From NCBI GenBank assembly GCA_018238625.1, contig JABCSY010000096.1, positions 1 through 15,859 on the forward strand: a DNA stretch of 15,859 nucleotides. The letters are read 5' to 3'. Below are positions 15,725-15,859 of this stretch, piece by piece. This DNA comes from Promethearchaeota archaeon (GTDB lineage: Archaea; Asgardarchaeota; Lokiarchaeia; Sigyniarchaeales; SOKP01). Made by a program: the position numbers and the translations under genes. The stretch's first letter is position 1; every line of letters begins with the position of its first letter. The notes under the pieces are model-generated. The model saw only the letters and a program-made list of their open reading frames with translations. It searched no databases and was not told the DNA's origin.

Positions 15725-15859
15725 TTAATTCTTATTTTGTGCGTCTAACTTATTTAGAGCTTTAAAAGAAAACATTAATCTTTGGATGATGGTTAAAATT
15801 AGTAGTCCTGTAAAAAATAGCATAAATATCGGAAAAAACCAAGTGAAAGGGGTTCCAAG
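15725..15859 (-). CDS. 3' end of a membrane protein, probably a CDP-alcohol phosphatidyltransferase (partial)
   Basis: Open frame from the right edge: LGTPFTWFFPIFMLFFTGLLILTIIQRLMFSFKALNKLDAQNKN*. The terminal TM plus T-x-x-QR is typical of the family, and from memory this family often neighbours rps26e in archaea. Confidence 0.6.
   Translation of the reverse strand, partial: LGTPFTWFFPIFMLFFTGLLILTIIQRLMFSFKALNKLDAQNKN

Noticed and set aside
15786-15859. + strand ORF starting ATGATGGTT at the right edge
   Set aside because: The opposite strand gives a more convincing membrane-protein C-terminus, co-oriented with rps26e.

Overview
AT-rich archaeal DNA, most likely Asgard (Lokiarchaeia/Promethearchaeota). 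The basis is an eS26 ribosomal protein gene plus a Loki-typical 'EFxxNxxITLxL...EFW...W.E.NYD.RLL' domain protein. The right end is host backbone: the 3' end of a probable CDP-alcohol phosphatidyltransferase and rps26e. Next to it is an accessory cluster. It holds a 74-aa two-TM pilin-like gene on the + strand, then on the - strand a Loki-domain/TPR gene and a tightly coupled three-gene operon. The operon encodes (i) a 1281-aa membrane-anchored HerA/VirB4-fold protein with a duplicated TM-hairpin module and dead Walker motifs, (ii) a 653-aa HerA/VirB4-like ATPase with intact Walker A/B, and (iii) a 1745-aa protein with an acidic, repeat-built N-terminal stalk and an AT-richer C-terminal part carrying three HTH-like repeats and a PD-(D/E)XK-like nuclease. 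I read this as a candidate undescribed Asgard T4SS/Ced-like export or DNA-transfer system with a swappable nuclease tip; this is inference. At the left end, a 234-bp direct repeat (21-254 and 1761-1994) duplicates the 3' end of a protein gene. All 7 differences between the copies are synonymous, and an att-like dyad lies near the repeat start. The repeat brackets a solitary, degenerate DppB-like permease and a gene remnant. All family assignments come from motif reading, not database searches.
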